A stretch of DNA of 64,000 nucleotides from a virus. Location: positions 24,428 through 88,427 of the IMG/VR virus record IMGVR_UViG_3300034198_015569. One strand, given 5' to 3'. Below the pieces are notes generated by a model, which did not search any database, was not told where the DNA came from, and was given only the letters and a program-made list of their open reading frames with translations. The translations under genes and the position numbers were made by a program. How positions within the stretch are numbered: position 1 is the stretch's first letter; the number at the start of each line of letters is the position of its first letter. Shown here in pieces: positions 1-8,971 of this stretch.

Positions 1-37
1 CGAATTGGAGTATCTAGATATTGAATTGTGAGGAATA

Positions 38-412
38 ATGAAGGTTTATCGAGTTGAATTGCCATGTGGAGGCGGGCCTTTTCGATCCGCCACCTGCGCA
101 TTTGTTGGTGTTGGAAAAAATAATCATCCATATCCTGATGATGAAGGAATAGATTTTGAATATAAACATGTTTTTGGATGCCAGTCATTAAGGGATATTT
201 ATGGATGGTTCGGTCATCGAATACCACACCTTATGGATAATGGATTTGCTATTTCTGTTTATGATGTAAAGAAAGCACGAGTGGGAGGAACACAAGTTGC
301 TTTTGATCGTAAACATGCCAAATTGAAGAAAAGAATTTCTCTCTCTAAAATGGCTAAAGTAAAATATATTAGAGAATATCTAGATAGAGGAATTGTGAAA
401 AATGTCGCCTGA
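38..412 (+). CDS. hypothetical phage protein
   Basis: ORF with GAGG RBS. Confidence 0.6.
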   Translation: MKVYRVELPCGGGPFRSATCAFVGVGKNNHPYPDDEGIDFEYKHVFGCQSLRDIYGWFGHRIPHLMDNGFAISVYDVKKARVGGTQVAFDRKHAKLKKRISLSKMAKVKYIREYLDRGIVKNVA

Positions 413-731
413 TGAAAAATATAAAAAAGAATATGCAAAGGATGACTACAAACGTCTAGTTGAATTGTTTAGAAGAATTCATTCCGAAACGATGGTTTGG
501 GAACTTTCAAATCAAAAGCAAGTGGATTCTTTTAAGGCTATTCAGAAGTGGTCAACAGAAGCCATTTCTCTTCTTCGCCCGCATGACAATCCTTCAGATG
601 AAGAAAAGAAGATTGCATACGATCTTCTTAAGATTGCTTTGTTAGATATTGAAGAAACAAAACATAACGGTTTTAGAACTGAATATTGGACCTCTGAAGC
701 AAAGAGATTGTATAATGTCAAAGAAAAATAA
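402..731 (+). CDS. hypothetical protein
   Basis: ORF coupled to neighbours. Confidence 0.6.
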   Translation: MSPDEKYKKEYAKDDYKRLVELFRRIHSETMVWELSNQKQVDSFKAIQKWSTEAISLLRPHDNPSDEEKKIAYDLLKIALLDIEETKHNGFRTEYWTSEAKRLYNVKEK

Positions 732-1017
732 ACACCATAAGTTGGAAATATGCAATTATAATGGAGAAATTAGTTCATTATATTTGAATGATTATAGAAT
801 TTCTGGCCCGAAGCCTTACGGTGGTGGAATTATTGTTAAGAATTTCAAAGTTACAAATAAAGATTTACTTAGTTCAATTCCTGAATACCAAAAAGTTTTA
901 GATGTTTTAAAAATGGCCTTGAAGGAACACGATTATAAGTGTACAATGCAAGTCACTTTTACAGAACCTCAATGGGTTCATGAAGCACGGGCCATTATTA
1001 AAGAAATCGAGGATTGA
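715..1017 (+). CDS. hypothetical protein
   Basis: Likely start MSKKNK at 715; overlaps neighbours in operon fashion. Confidence 0.55.
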   Translation: MSKKNKHHKLEICNYNGEISSLYLNDYRISGPKPYGGGIIVKNFKVTNKDLLSSIPEYQKVLDVLKMALKEHDYKCTMQVTFTEPQWVHEARAIIKEIED

Positions 1018-2114
1018 ATATGGGCAAAGAAAAGATTAAGTCCTACGAAGATGCAGTAATGGCTTATGTGATCAAGAATCATGGTGAAGCTCTGGCTAGC
1101 TGCATCCAAGACCCTGTGTATCATGCTGAAGGTAGCGTGTGGACGCATACGGTTCGTGTTTTGGAAGAAGTAAAGAAAATCTCTTCTCCTTCTGAAATGG
1201 AAACAATGGCTGTTGCTGCAATTCTTCATGATATTGCTAAGCCCGGCACTCGTGAAGAATACTTTGACGAATCTATGGGTAGGGTTCGTGTGAGCCACAA
1301 GCATCATGCCAAGCTTGGTGCCATCGATGCATGGAACATCATGTGGAAGCTCGGCCTGCCTCTCCAGATGCGTCTTGACGTGTACGCAATTATCCTCTGG
1401 CATCAAAAGGTTTTCCATACTTTCTATAAGAAGAAAGAAAAGATGGAAGAGGAGTTTGTTCGCTTCTCCATCATTGGTAATTGGGATCAACTGATTCGCT
1501 TTGCGCTGGCTGACACTCGTGGTCGAGACAATGTGAATAATGATGATACTGAAGATACCCTTGCGGCTTTGACTGAAGCTGTGAAGGAATTTGGTGTGTT
1601 TGATTATTCATATCCTTTCGAAACGCCAAATCATCGAATCACGGCTCTTGAAAGCAAGAATCGCTTTTATGTGCCCATCGATCCTCCTGGCGGTGTGATG
1701 CATATCATGAGCGGTCCTCCCGGTTCTGGTAAGGATACTTTTATCGAAAAGAATCTTCCTTATCCTGTTGTGTCTTTGGATTCTGTTCGTGGCGAGCTTG
1801 GTATTAAGCCTGATGGAAATCAGGGAAGGGTTATTCAGGAAGCACAAAAGCGTGTGAAGGAATATCTCGCCGCAAAGGAAACCTTTGTTCTTAATATCAC
1901 TGGCCTGCGTAAGGAGACCCGTGACAAGTGGACAACCCTTGCTCGTGATTATCATGCGTTCATTTCTTTTCATTGTATGAATACACCTTATGACAAGGCT
2001 GTAATTCAGAATACAAATCGAAAAGATTCTGTACCGCAGAATGCATGGGATAAGATGGTTTCTAAGTGGGAGCCTGTCACTCTGGAGGAAGGACATTTTG
2101 TTGAGTGGGTGTAA
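1014..2114 (+). CDS. HD-domain phosphoesterase fused to P-loop polynucleotide kinase (HD-Pnk-like RNA end-healing enzyme)
   Basis: HAEGSVWTHT...LHDIAKP HD motifs; C-terminal GPPGSGKDT Walker A and SLDSVR. Confidence 0.85.
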   Translation: MNMGKEKIKSYEDAVMAYVIKNHGEALASCIQDPVYHAEGSVWTHTVRVLEEVKKISSPSEMETMAVAAILHDIAKPGTREEYFDESMGRVRVSHKHHAKLGAIDAWNIMWKLGLPLQMRLDVYAIILWHQKVFHTFYKKKEKMEEEFVRFSIIGNWDQLIRFALADTRGRDNVNNDDTEDTLAALTEAVKEFGVFDYSYPFETPNHRITALESKNRFYVPIDPPGGVMHIMSGPPGSGKDTFIEKNLPYPVVSLDSVRGELGIKPDGNQGRVIQEAQKRVKEYLAAKETFVLNITGLRKETRDKWTTLARDYHAFISFHCMNTPYDKAVIQNTNRKDSVPQNAWDKMVSKWEPVTLEEGHFVEWV

Positions 2115-2122
2115 AAACCCAC

Positions 2123-2149
2123 TTGACAGTTTAATTTAAAATATATAAT
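2123..2149 (+). promoter_or_regulatory. sigma70-like promoter
   Basis: TTGACA ... TATAAT in intergenic gap. Confidence 0.5.
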
Positions 2150-2190
2150 CTCTAATCATCGAAGTTCAATCCAAATAGGAGAATTTAAAA

Positions 2191-2418
2191 ATGGCTGGTG
2201 AGAACGTTATCGAAGTCCTGAACGGTCCTCGTATGTCGGTGCGGATTATCAAGAACATCGTGGGAAAGTTCATCGTTCAGTATGAATATCGCAAGGCCAA
2301 GCCGGGAATTCCGGCGCAGTGGAAGGCTCATTGGCGTGATCGTGAACATTGCTATACGTACGACGACATGAAGCCTGCCAAGGCTATGATGAAGGCCATT
2401 CACAAGCGAAATAACTGA
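2191..2418 (+). CDS. hypothetical protein
   Basis: AGGAG RBS, highly expressed codon style. Confidence 0.65.
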   Translation: MAGENVIEVLNGPRMSVRIIKNIVGKFIVQYEYRKAKPGIPAQWKAHWRDREHCYTYDDMKPAKAMMKAIHKRNN

Positions 2419-2420
2419 TA

Positions 2421-2669
2421 ATGAAAATCAGTTCAAGAATTCCTATTCAGTTTCTTCATGGTGAGAAACTGATTTCCACCAATCTCAATCATTCTTTCGC
2501 CATCTCGTGTAAGATGATTGAGATTGAGGAGGAAGTAATTACGGATGGAAAGAAGAAGAAATCTAAGGTTTCGCAACCTGCATTTACTTTGTATTTCTAT
2601 TCACACGTTCCCGGTAACTTTGAAATTGTAACGTCAACCAAGACCCATCAAATCGAAGTTCTCGCTTGA
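2421..2669 (+). CDS. hypothetical protein
   Basis: ORF in operon. Confidence 0.55.
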   Translation: MKISSRIPIQFLHGEKLISTNLNHSFAISCKMIEIEEEVITDGKKKKSKVSQPAFTLYFYSHVPGNFEIVTSTKTHQIEVLA

Positions 2670-2730
2670 CTTTAGGGCAGCAATGCCCTATTGTCGGTTT
2701 TTGTTTTTGTAGTTTTAATGAAAGTGAGTT

Positions 2731-3750
2731 ATGAGTACATCACAAATCGAAAAAATAATTAATCTAGATTATGATGAAAGCTTCTTTATTGAAGCATTTA
2801 ATGATTATAACGGTGACGTATATATTATTAAATTCAATGAAACTATTGACTTCCCTCCATATCTAATTACTGATTTCATCAAATCAAAATATCCAAGTAC
2901 CAAAGTAAAATTCTTTTCAGATAGTCAAGCAAATATCATCATATCTGATGATCTAAAGGCTTATATGTCTATTTCCAGCGGCGAATCTTATTTTGAAGAA
3001 AGTGATAATGCTACCACCGTTTATATTTCCGCTGGTGGCTCGCTCGAAAAAACTAAAGAATTTAATTCTTTAATTAAAAACTTTTTTGATAATATTGAAA
3101 ATAAGGCTCATTACGGTGAGTGGTGGTTTCTTTCAAAGAAAGGCGGAATCACAAATATCAGCCTTAAAGTAAAGCCTATGAAAAAGTTCAATCAGCTTTG
3201 CTATCCTTATATTGAAAATATTGAAGAGTTCATCAACGGTTTCTATGCGTCAGATGCTCCGGTTATGATTTTCCTTGGTCCTCCTGGCCTTGGTAAAACT
3301 TCAATTCTAAAATATATGATCAATCGTGATAATCTAAAAGTTGTCACTACTTATGACGAAAAAGTCATGGAAGATGATTCTTTTTACATGTCTTTTATTC
3401 GTTCAAAAAATGATCTTTTGATCCTTGAAGATGCTGATCGTATCCTTCGTGAACGCAAGCTTGAAAATTCTGTAATGTCTAAGCTTCTTAATGTGTCTGA
3501 TGGTATCTTCAGTCTCGATAAGAAAAAGATTATCTTTACAACTAATGCTGAAAAGCGTGAAATTGATGAGGCAATCCTTCGCCCTGGACGTTGCTACAAA
3601 TTGGTTGAATTCAGACCTTTGACACGATTGGAAGCCGAAGCATTGGCAGAATCTCTTGGTAAAGAGCTTACTGTTAACAAATCTGAATACACTCTGGCCG
3701 AAATTTTTAGCGGTCAAAACCAATCAAAAAATAAATTTGGATTTCGCTAA
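2731..3750 (+). CDS. AAA+ ATPase
   Basis: GPPGLGKT Walker A, LILEDAD Walker B, LRPGR arginine finger. Confidence 0.85.
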   Translation: MSTSQIEKIINLDYDESFFIEAFNDYNGDVYIIKFNETIDFPPYLITDFIKSKYPSTKVKFFSDSQANIIISDDLKAYMSISSGESYFEESDNATTVYISAGGSLEKTKEFNSLIKNFFDNIENKAHYGEWWFLSKKGGITNISLKVKPMKKFNQLCYPYIENIEEFINGFYASDAPVMIFLGPPGLGKTSILKYMINRDNLKVVTTYDEKVMEDDSFYMSFIRSKNDLLILEDADRILRERKLENSVMSKLLNVSDGIFSLDKKKIIFTTNAEKREIDEAILRPGRCYKLVEFRPLTRLEAEALAESLGKELTVNKSEYTLAEIFSGQNQSKNKFGFR

Positions 3751-3920
3751 AAAAGCTATTGACGGCATGTAGGGAATATCATAGTCTGTATGTGTTGAAG
3801 ATGCTTAGAGAAAAGAGAAATGAGACATAGGAGGCACCAATGCTCTGATAATTAAAAAAATATCTTGATTATAGATTTGTGATTTGATATAGATTGGATA
3901 GAAACCTTAAGGAGATTAAA

Positions 3921-3950
3921 ATGAATAGCTCCCGAGATTCCCCGATTTAA
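3921..3950 (+). CDS. micro-ORF MNSSRDSPI
   Basis: AAGGAG RBS at canonical spacing before ATG, TAA stop. Confidence 0.4.
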   Translation: MNSSRDSPI

Positions 3951-4009
3951 TACAAAATTGATAGTTAGATATAGATTGTGATTATTAGAGAAACTTTAGG
4001 AGATTAACT

Positions 4010-4039
4010 ATGGTAAGCAGCACTGGTCCCCCGAGGTAA
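4010..4039 (+). CDS. micro-ORF MVSSTGPPR
   Basis: TAGGAG RBS, upstream region repeats that of the 3921 micro-ORF. Confidence 0.4.
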   Translation: MVSSTGPPR

Positions 4040-4112
4040 AACTTAAAATGCGCCCCAAAACGGCGCTTATTAGATTGATAGATATAGATAAATTGTAGGT
4101 TGTAAGTGGTGT

Positions 4113-4145
4113 GGTCCTGGGCATGACCTTAACAAAAACTGCCCA
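4113..4145 (+). ncRNA. H-type pseudoknot element
   Basis: GGTC/GACC stem; loop TGGGCA complementary to downstream TGCCCA after an A-rich linker. Confidence 0.45.
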
Positions 4146-4166
4146 TTAGTTTTGTTGGGAGGTTGA

Positions 4167-4388
4167 ATGATTTTTGTATATACATTACAAAACATTATAG
4201 GATTATTGATTTTTACAATTTTCTTTATTGGTATAATATTTTATGGTATTGTAAAGGGAGTCAAATCTCTTAATCGATGGCGCAAATCTGGATTTTGCCG
4301 ACACGATTGGAAATTTAATAAATCAAATTCTTTTAGTCAAAAGCACTGGTATAAGTGTAATAAATGCAATGAAGAAAGGCTCATGTAA
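4167..4388 (+). CDS. small membrane protein with Cys/His motif
   Basis: N-terminal TM; CRHDW...CNKC. Confidence 0.55.
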   Translation: MIFVYTLQNIIGLLIFTIFFIGIIFYGIVKGVKSLNRWRKSGFCRHDWKFNKSNSFSQKHWYKCNKCNEERLM

Positions 4389-4657
4389 TGCCTTTTGTAT
4401 ATTCTGTTTCCGACGATAACCCAAATAGCAGTTATGGAAAAACTTACTTTTCTTCATTAAAATCTGCTAAGATACATGCACAAGAATGTGCAGATTTTGA
4501 CGGATTGACAAAAGAAGTCATAAAGAATAAACTTAATAAAATTAAAGCAAGTGAGCTTTATGTATCACTTCTTAATGGACATACATGGTGTTCCGAAACA
4601 GAAATTGTCTTTGTAGCCAAGCCTTCGCCTGATACGTCTCCCGAATGGAAGGAATAA
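4388..4657 (+). CDS. hypothetical protein
   Basis: TAATG coupling. Confidence 0.55.
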   Translation: MPFVYSVSDDNPNSSYGKTYFSSLKSAKIHAQECADFDGLTKEVIKNKLNKIKASELYVSLLNGHTWCSETEIVFVAKPSPDTSPEWKE

Positions 4658-4663
4658 TATAAA

Positions 4664-5020
4664 ATGAATTATGTAATTTTTTTGGACGATGAGCGCCTTC
4701 CTCCTGTAAATTTCGGGGCCAACATTTCAAGCCCATGGATTCTTGTTTGTCGCAGCGCAGAAATGGCTATTGTGGCAATCCAGAATATGCCAAAGAACGC
4801 CAATCTAGCTTATATTTCTTTTGACCATGATCTTGGCGAAGACCGGAAGACCGGCATGGATTTCGCCAAGTGGCTTGTTGATGCTGATGCGGGATATATT
4901 GAGGGACAGAGAGCAAACTTTATTCCTGATTATTTCCAATTTTATGTTCATTCTCAGAATCCGGTTGGTGCACAGAATATCCAGAGTTATATGGATAATT
5001 ATCTTAAAACCAAAAAGTGA
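4664..5020 (+). CDS. cyclic-phosphate processing receiver-domain protein
   Basis: IFLDDER, ISFDHDLG, TGMD, VHSQNPVG motifs. Confidence 0.75.
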   Translation: MNYVIFLDDERLPPVNFGANISSPWILVCRSAEMAIVAIQNMPKNANLAYISFDHDLGEDRKTGMDFAKWLVDADAGYIEGQRANFIPDYFQFYVHSQNPVGAQNIQSYMDNYLKTKK

Positions 5021-5138
5021 AAAATTTTCAAAAAGGTAGTTGACGAAAAAATAAAATCTGCTACATTACGAATATAGAGTGGTTGCCGGGAAGACCGGAT
5101 TAAATGAAGGAAACTTCGGCCACGGCTATCAAAAACAT

Positions 5139-5212
5139 CCTGTGGTCGTCTAATTGCGCAAGGACACCTCTGCGGAGTCGGAGGAAATGGCGGTTCGCGA
5201 CCGTCACACAGG
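5139..5212 (+). ncRNA. tRNA-like element (no CCA, 8-nt anticodon-position loop)
   Basis: CCTGTG/CACAGG acceptor, GTC/GAC D stem, CCTCT/GGAGG stem, GGCGG-TTCGCGA-CCGTC T arm. Confidence 0.5.
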
Positions 5213-5647
5213 TAGCTGTTTGATAAATGAATATAACAAAATCTAAAGTTTAGTCGAGTGCTTCTTGCGCCTAAAGCAGAAATGCCATGGGGAAGCCAAA
5301 AGAAATCCGGCTTGGGATTCGACTAATTCAATTGGTGAAATGAAGGTGAGCGGAACCTATAAGTCTCATAAATCTGGCCAGATGCCTTCATGTAGCCAAG
5401 TAAAGGGAAGCGCCTCTCCCTTGAAAATCATAAAGCGATAGAGTCCAGAATCGTAAGAAACTGGCAACTACTTTGCCACCGTTTAGACGGTTGGGGGAAG
5501 ATTAAAAAATGCCCTTAAAAATGGTGGAGCTATTTTACAATGATACGAAATTGGCCGGGCCTGAAGTGCTTCATTCTAGATTAAGGTTTGAATAGTTCTA
5601 GACTGGTTATTAACAGGTTCGATTCCTGTTACAGGGATTAATTCTTG

Positions 5648-5789
5648 AAACTATTTAAGTGGGCGGTTTGTTTATTATAGGAAAAATAAGCTCATATACA
5701 GCGGTAACTGTCATACATGAGCAAATATTTCGCCTTTACCGAGGAAACAGGGATAATACCCTGGAATGAACCGCCCACTTAAATAGTTT
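5648..5789 (+). ncRNA. structured RNA closed by perfect 21-bp inverted repeat
   Basis: AAACTATTTAAGTGGGCGGTT (5648-5668) / AACCGCCCACTTAAATAGTTT (5769-5789). Confidence 0.5.
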
Positions 5790-6017
5790 ATATGAATTGG
5801 GTAGTGATAAACGAAGAACAAGTAAAGGGATAGGCCATTTCTTGAACGAGGCTTCGGGCAGTAATTTAAGTAAAATTATGAAACCATGGATAACATAATT
5901 TGAAAGAATTATTGGGTTAACACGACTGGTCTGCCGACCGGAGAAATGTAGGTATAAGTCCTACCCCAATACGATTTTTATAAAGTTCGATACATCTCAA
6001 TTAATAAAGGAAAATAT

Positions 6018-6272
6018 ATGTCGCTTAAACCATTAAATGATCGTGTAATTGTTGAACGAATTGATACGGTTACAAGAACTCCTGGCGGGCTTTTAATTCC
6101 AGAGACTGCACAAGAAAAGCCTGTATTGGGAAATGTTGTTGCAACTTCAAATTCTTCTGTTAACATCAATGATATTGTTTTATTTGGTCGCCATGCAGGT
6201 ATTGAAGTTAAAGATGATGGAAAGACTTTGTTAATTCTTAAAGTTGAAGAACTCTTAGCAATTAAGAATTAA
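6018..6272 (+). CDS. groES: co-chaperonin GroES
   Basis: LKPLNDRVIV...TPGGLLIPETAQEKP, GDxVLF-like signature. Confidence 0.9.
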   Translation: MSLKPLNDRVIVERIDTVTRTPGGLLIPETAQEKPVLGNVVATSNSSVNINDIVLFGRHAGIEVKDDGKTLLILKVEELLAIKN

Positions 6273-6416
6273 TTTAAATGGTTAATATTTTATCTCGGAG
6301 AAAATAAAAATTTTGAGCTTATTTCAATATCAGACTGAAGAAAGTTGGTAAGGGCGCACCCTGTCTTTATGATATGTTAGACTCCCTATATTATTTTTAT
6401 TATGAAAGGAAATATT

Positions 6417-6725
6417 ATGCCTTGTTCTGATGCCGGTTTTGAACACTATGATAATATGGTTTTAAATGAAAAGATTAATACTTTGACTGAATTGCTTTGT
6501 GAAGCATCACACATTCTTTCAGAGAATGAACTTATGAATATTGCCAGCAATGATCTGAATAATTGGTGGAAACACCATGAAGCGGAAGATCGCAAGAGAC
6601 GGCAGAAGGAATCTGAACAGCGAGAACTTCGTCGCATCGCTGAAGAAGCCATGCGAAATCTGTCCCCTGCACAGAAGGAAGCGCTTGGTCAATTTTATGG
6701 CTTGAAGGCCAAGCTAATTCGTTAA
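6417..6725 (+). CDS. hypothetical protein
   Basis: AAGGA RBS before MPCSD. Confidence 0.6.
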   Translation: MPCSDAGFEHYDNMVLNEKINTLTELLCEASHILSENELMNIASNDLNNWWKHHEAEDRKRRQKESEQRELRRIAEEAMRNLSPAQKEALGQFYGLKAKLIR

Positions 6726-6803
6726 ATAAAGCTTAGGAGGGGGTTTAATCGGCAGTCTATTATCTTTGGATAATCAGCAACGGATTCCCCTCCTTTCGAT
6801 AAT

Positions 6804-6976
6804 GTCTCTATGGCGGAATGGTAGACGCACCTTCTATACAAGGAGGCGGTGGGTAATAGAACAAGGATACTTGTTTGAACCAAGAGTAATGGATATATTG
6901 GTTAGTGGCGCCACTAGTCCAATTGAAGACGACTCAAGACCCATCATCCGTGGTTCAAAACCCGGTAGAGACACCA
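6804..6976 (+). tRNA. atypical tRNA-like RNA with ~100-nt variable arm (loop TATACAA, TAC at anticodon position)
   Basis: GTCTCTA/TAGAGAC-ACCA acceptor, Leu-type D arm GCGGAATGGTAGACGC, CCTTC/GGAGG stem, T-arm-like GGTTCAAAACC. Confidence 0.65.
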
Positions 6977-6999
6977 CCAAAAATTAAATAGGAAATATC

Positions 7000-7329
7000 A
7001 TGGATTATATGTTAGCTCATGAATTTGAGAAACTGTCTAAAAATAAACTATCTAATGAAAAGTCTAAAGAATTAATTTGGAATAACAAAGATATTGATAT
7101 TGATTATCTTTATCCTAAGATAGTTTGTTGTGTCAATCGTCTTATTTCCAAAAAAACTCTAAACACTGAAGATTTGCGTTATTGGCACAGATTACTTTTG
7201 GATATCGCTGCTTATAAGAAAGATACGCCGTATTCTGAAAGATTTTTAGGTATAGCAGATTTGATCAGAACCCAAGTGTATTTTCGTGAAATTAAATACG
7301 AAAATAAAATGGATAATTTTTCAAAATAA
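7000..7329 (+). CDS. hypothetical protein
   Basis: AGGA RBS. Confidence 0.55.
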   Translation: MDYMLAHEFEKLSKNKLSNEKSKELIWNNKDIDIDYLYPKIVCCVNRLISKKTLNTEDLRYWHRLLLDIAAYKKDTPYSERFLGIADLIRTQVYFREIKYENKMDNFSK

Positions 7330-7341
7330 TAAGATTTATGT

Positions 7342-7812
7342 ATGAATGATTTTAATCTTCAAGTCTTACGCACTATAGATAAGTACGATAAGATTGGGGC
7401 TGATGGAGTGTTTAGACTTCTTACGGATGGAATGAAAGATAAAGAATCCGGTGCTTATATTCCTGGGGTTGGATTAGATAAAGTAAATGCTACTTTACTT
7501 GTTGAGTTTATACAAACCACTGGTAATTCTAATGAAGAAACATTAGAAAACATGGAAAAGTGGTTTTCAAAAGCCGCTAAGATAAAAAATCGAATTGATT
7601 TAATGATCCTTATGGAAGAAACTGTAATAGACTCTAAGGGAACCACTTTGTGGGATATTTTAATTCATATGTCTCAAAATGAAAATGAAACTTGGGAAAA
7701 CGGTGGTAGACCTAAAAATATTGCTTGGGCATTAGATGACATTTTAGAATCTGACATGAACTATATACAGTTTTTAAATAAACCCCCATCCATAGGCATA
7801 GAAAATGATTGA
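7342..7812 (+). CDS. protein resembling the insertion domain of alphaproteobacterial HisRS
   Basis: VLRTIDKYDKIGADGVFRLL...G.GL recalls the HisRS LRAIDKLDK.G..GV segment (from memory). Confidence 0.5.
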   Translation: MNDFNLQVLRTIDKYDKIGADGVFRLLTDGMKDKESGAYIPGVGLDKVNATLLVEFIQTTGNSNEETLENMEKWFSKAAKIKNRIDLMILMEETVIDSKGTTLWDILIHMSQNENETWENGGRPKNIAWALDDILESDMNYIQFLNKPPSIGIEND

Positions 7813-8359
7813 TTATAAACTCCTTCACGAATCTATTCTTCACTATGAAGAAGCCGGGTTTCGACGTATTGAAGCTCCCTGGCTTGTATCAGAAGCTATC
7901 AATGATATTACTTGTCCTGCATGGGCAGGAAAATATCATGTCATTAAAGGCGACAAGAAAAAGACCTTTGTGGCGAGTGGAGAACAGTCATTTCTTTATT
8001 TAATTAATAAGGGATTTCTACCAACTTCCGGTAAATACCAGACGATTACTCCTTGTATGCGTAATGATGATTTTGATACAACGCATACTAAATATTTTAT
8101 TAAAAATGAATTGATTTCATATGGACCATATGTATCCGAAAAGCATGTTGAGCCTATCATGACAGATGCTCTTGAATTCTTTTCAAAATATGTGATTAAG
8201 AATTTTATTAAGATAGTAAAGACAGCCGAAGGGTTCGATCTTGAATACCGAGGGGTGGAGATTGGTTCCTATGGATATAGAGAATGCTTATTCACCAAAT
8301 GGATTTACGCAACCGGCTTGGCAGAACCAAGATTTTCTCGTATGATATATGGAAATTGA
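7805..8359 (+). CDS. minimal class II aminoacyl-tRNA synthetase-like catalytic domain
   Basis: Motif1-like GFRRIEAPW, motif2-like TPCMRND..YFIKNEL, motif3-like EIGSYG...TGLAEPR. Confidence 0.65.
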   Translation: MIDYKLLHESILHYEEAGFRRIEAPWLVSEAINDITCPAWAGKYHVIKGDKKKTFVASGEQSFLYLINKGFLPTSGKYQTITPCMRNDDFDTTHTKYFIKNELISYGPYVSEKHVEPIMTDALEFFSKYVIKNFIKIVKTAEGFDLEYRGVEIGSYGYRECLFTKWIYATGLAEPRFSRMIYGN

Positions 8360-8602
8360 ATGAGTTATCATTTAACTAAAATACCAAAAGGAATATATGG
8401 AAAAGCGTCCAAAATAAAAGAGGAATATCTTGAATTTGAAGATGCCATTTATCAAGATAATCCTTTGATGGCTCTTCAAGAACTATCTGATATACTTGGT
8501 GCTATTGAGGCTTATTCCGCCGCCTATAATATGTCATTGAATGATCTTATTAAAATGAAGGAAGCAACTAAGCGAGCCTTCGAATCAGGACACCGAACAT
8601 GA
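8360..8602 (+). CDS. MazG-like nucleotide pyrophosphohydrolase
   Basis: KIKEEYLEFEDA...ELSDIL acidic helical motif. Confidence 0.55.
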   Translation: MSYHLTKIPKGIYGKASKIKEEYLEFEDAIYQDNPLMALQELSDILGAIEAYSAAYNMSLNDLIKMKEATKRAFESGHRT

Positions 8603-8790
8603 AAATTTGGTTTGTTATATTTCTTGTTATGATACTTTTAGCGATAGCAGTATTTTACACTACTGTCATTTTTAATATAGAAAAAACAAATTGGTGTAGT
8701 GAAAACAATTTCAACTCAATCTATATTGATAAAAGAGCATTTTGTGTTAATGAGCAAGGATTTGTATTTGTGCCAAACATTAAGGGATAA
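8599..8790 (+). CDS. small membrane protein
   Basis: N-terminal TM. Confidence 0.5.
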   Translation: MKIWFVIFLVMILLAIAVFYTTVIFNIEKTNWCSENNFNSIYIDKRAFCVNEQGFVFVPNIKG

Positions 8791-8971
8791 TAGTGCAGTT
8801 AAAAATATTTATTTTCTTATTTCGAGATGATAAATCACTTCAATATCAAATTGCTGAAATTACAGCATATTCTAGACAAGAAGCGATTCGATATTTTGTC
8901 GAAACCCATCCTTTAACAGAGTATGAAATCATAACTTGAATAAATAGAGTCGAACAACTAGGAGGAAAGAT

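Noticed and set aside
5648-5789. 6S RNA
   Set aside because: Interior looks multi-branched rather than a rod with a central bubble; cannot be supported without a model search.
6840-6950. Group I intron or tmRNA in the giant tRNA
   Set aside because: Insert is about 100 nt, lies in the variable arm and shows no recognisable group I core. There is no G3:U70 pair or clear tag ORF.
6766-6987. 73-aa ORF
   Set aside because: Coincides with the 6804-6976 tRNA-like RNA and has no good RBS.
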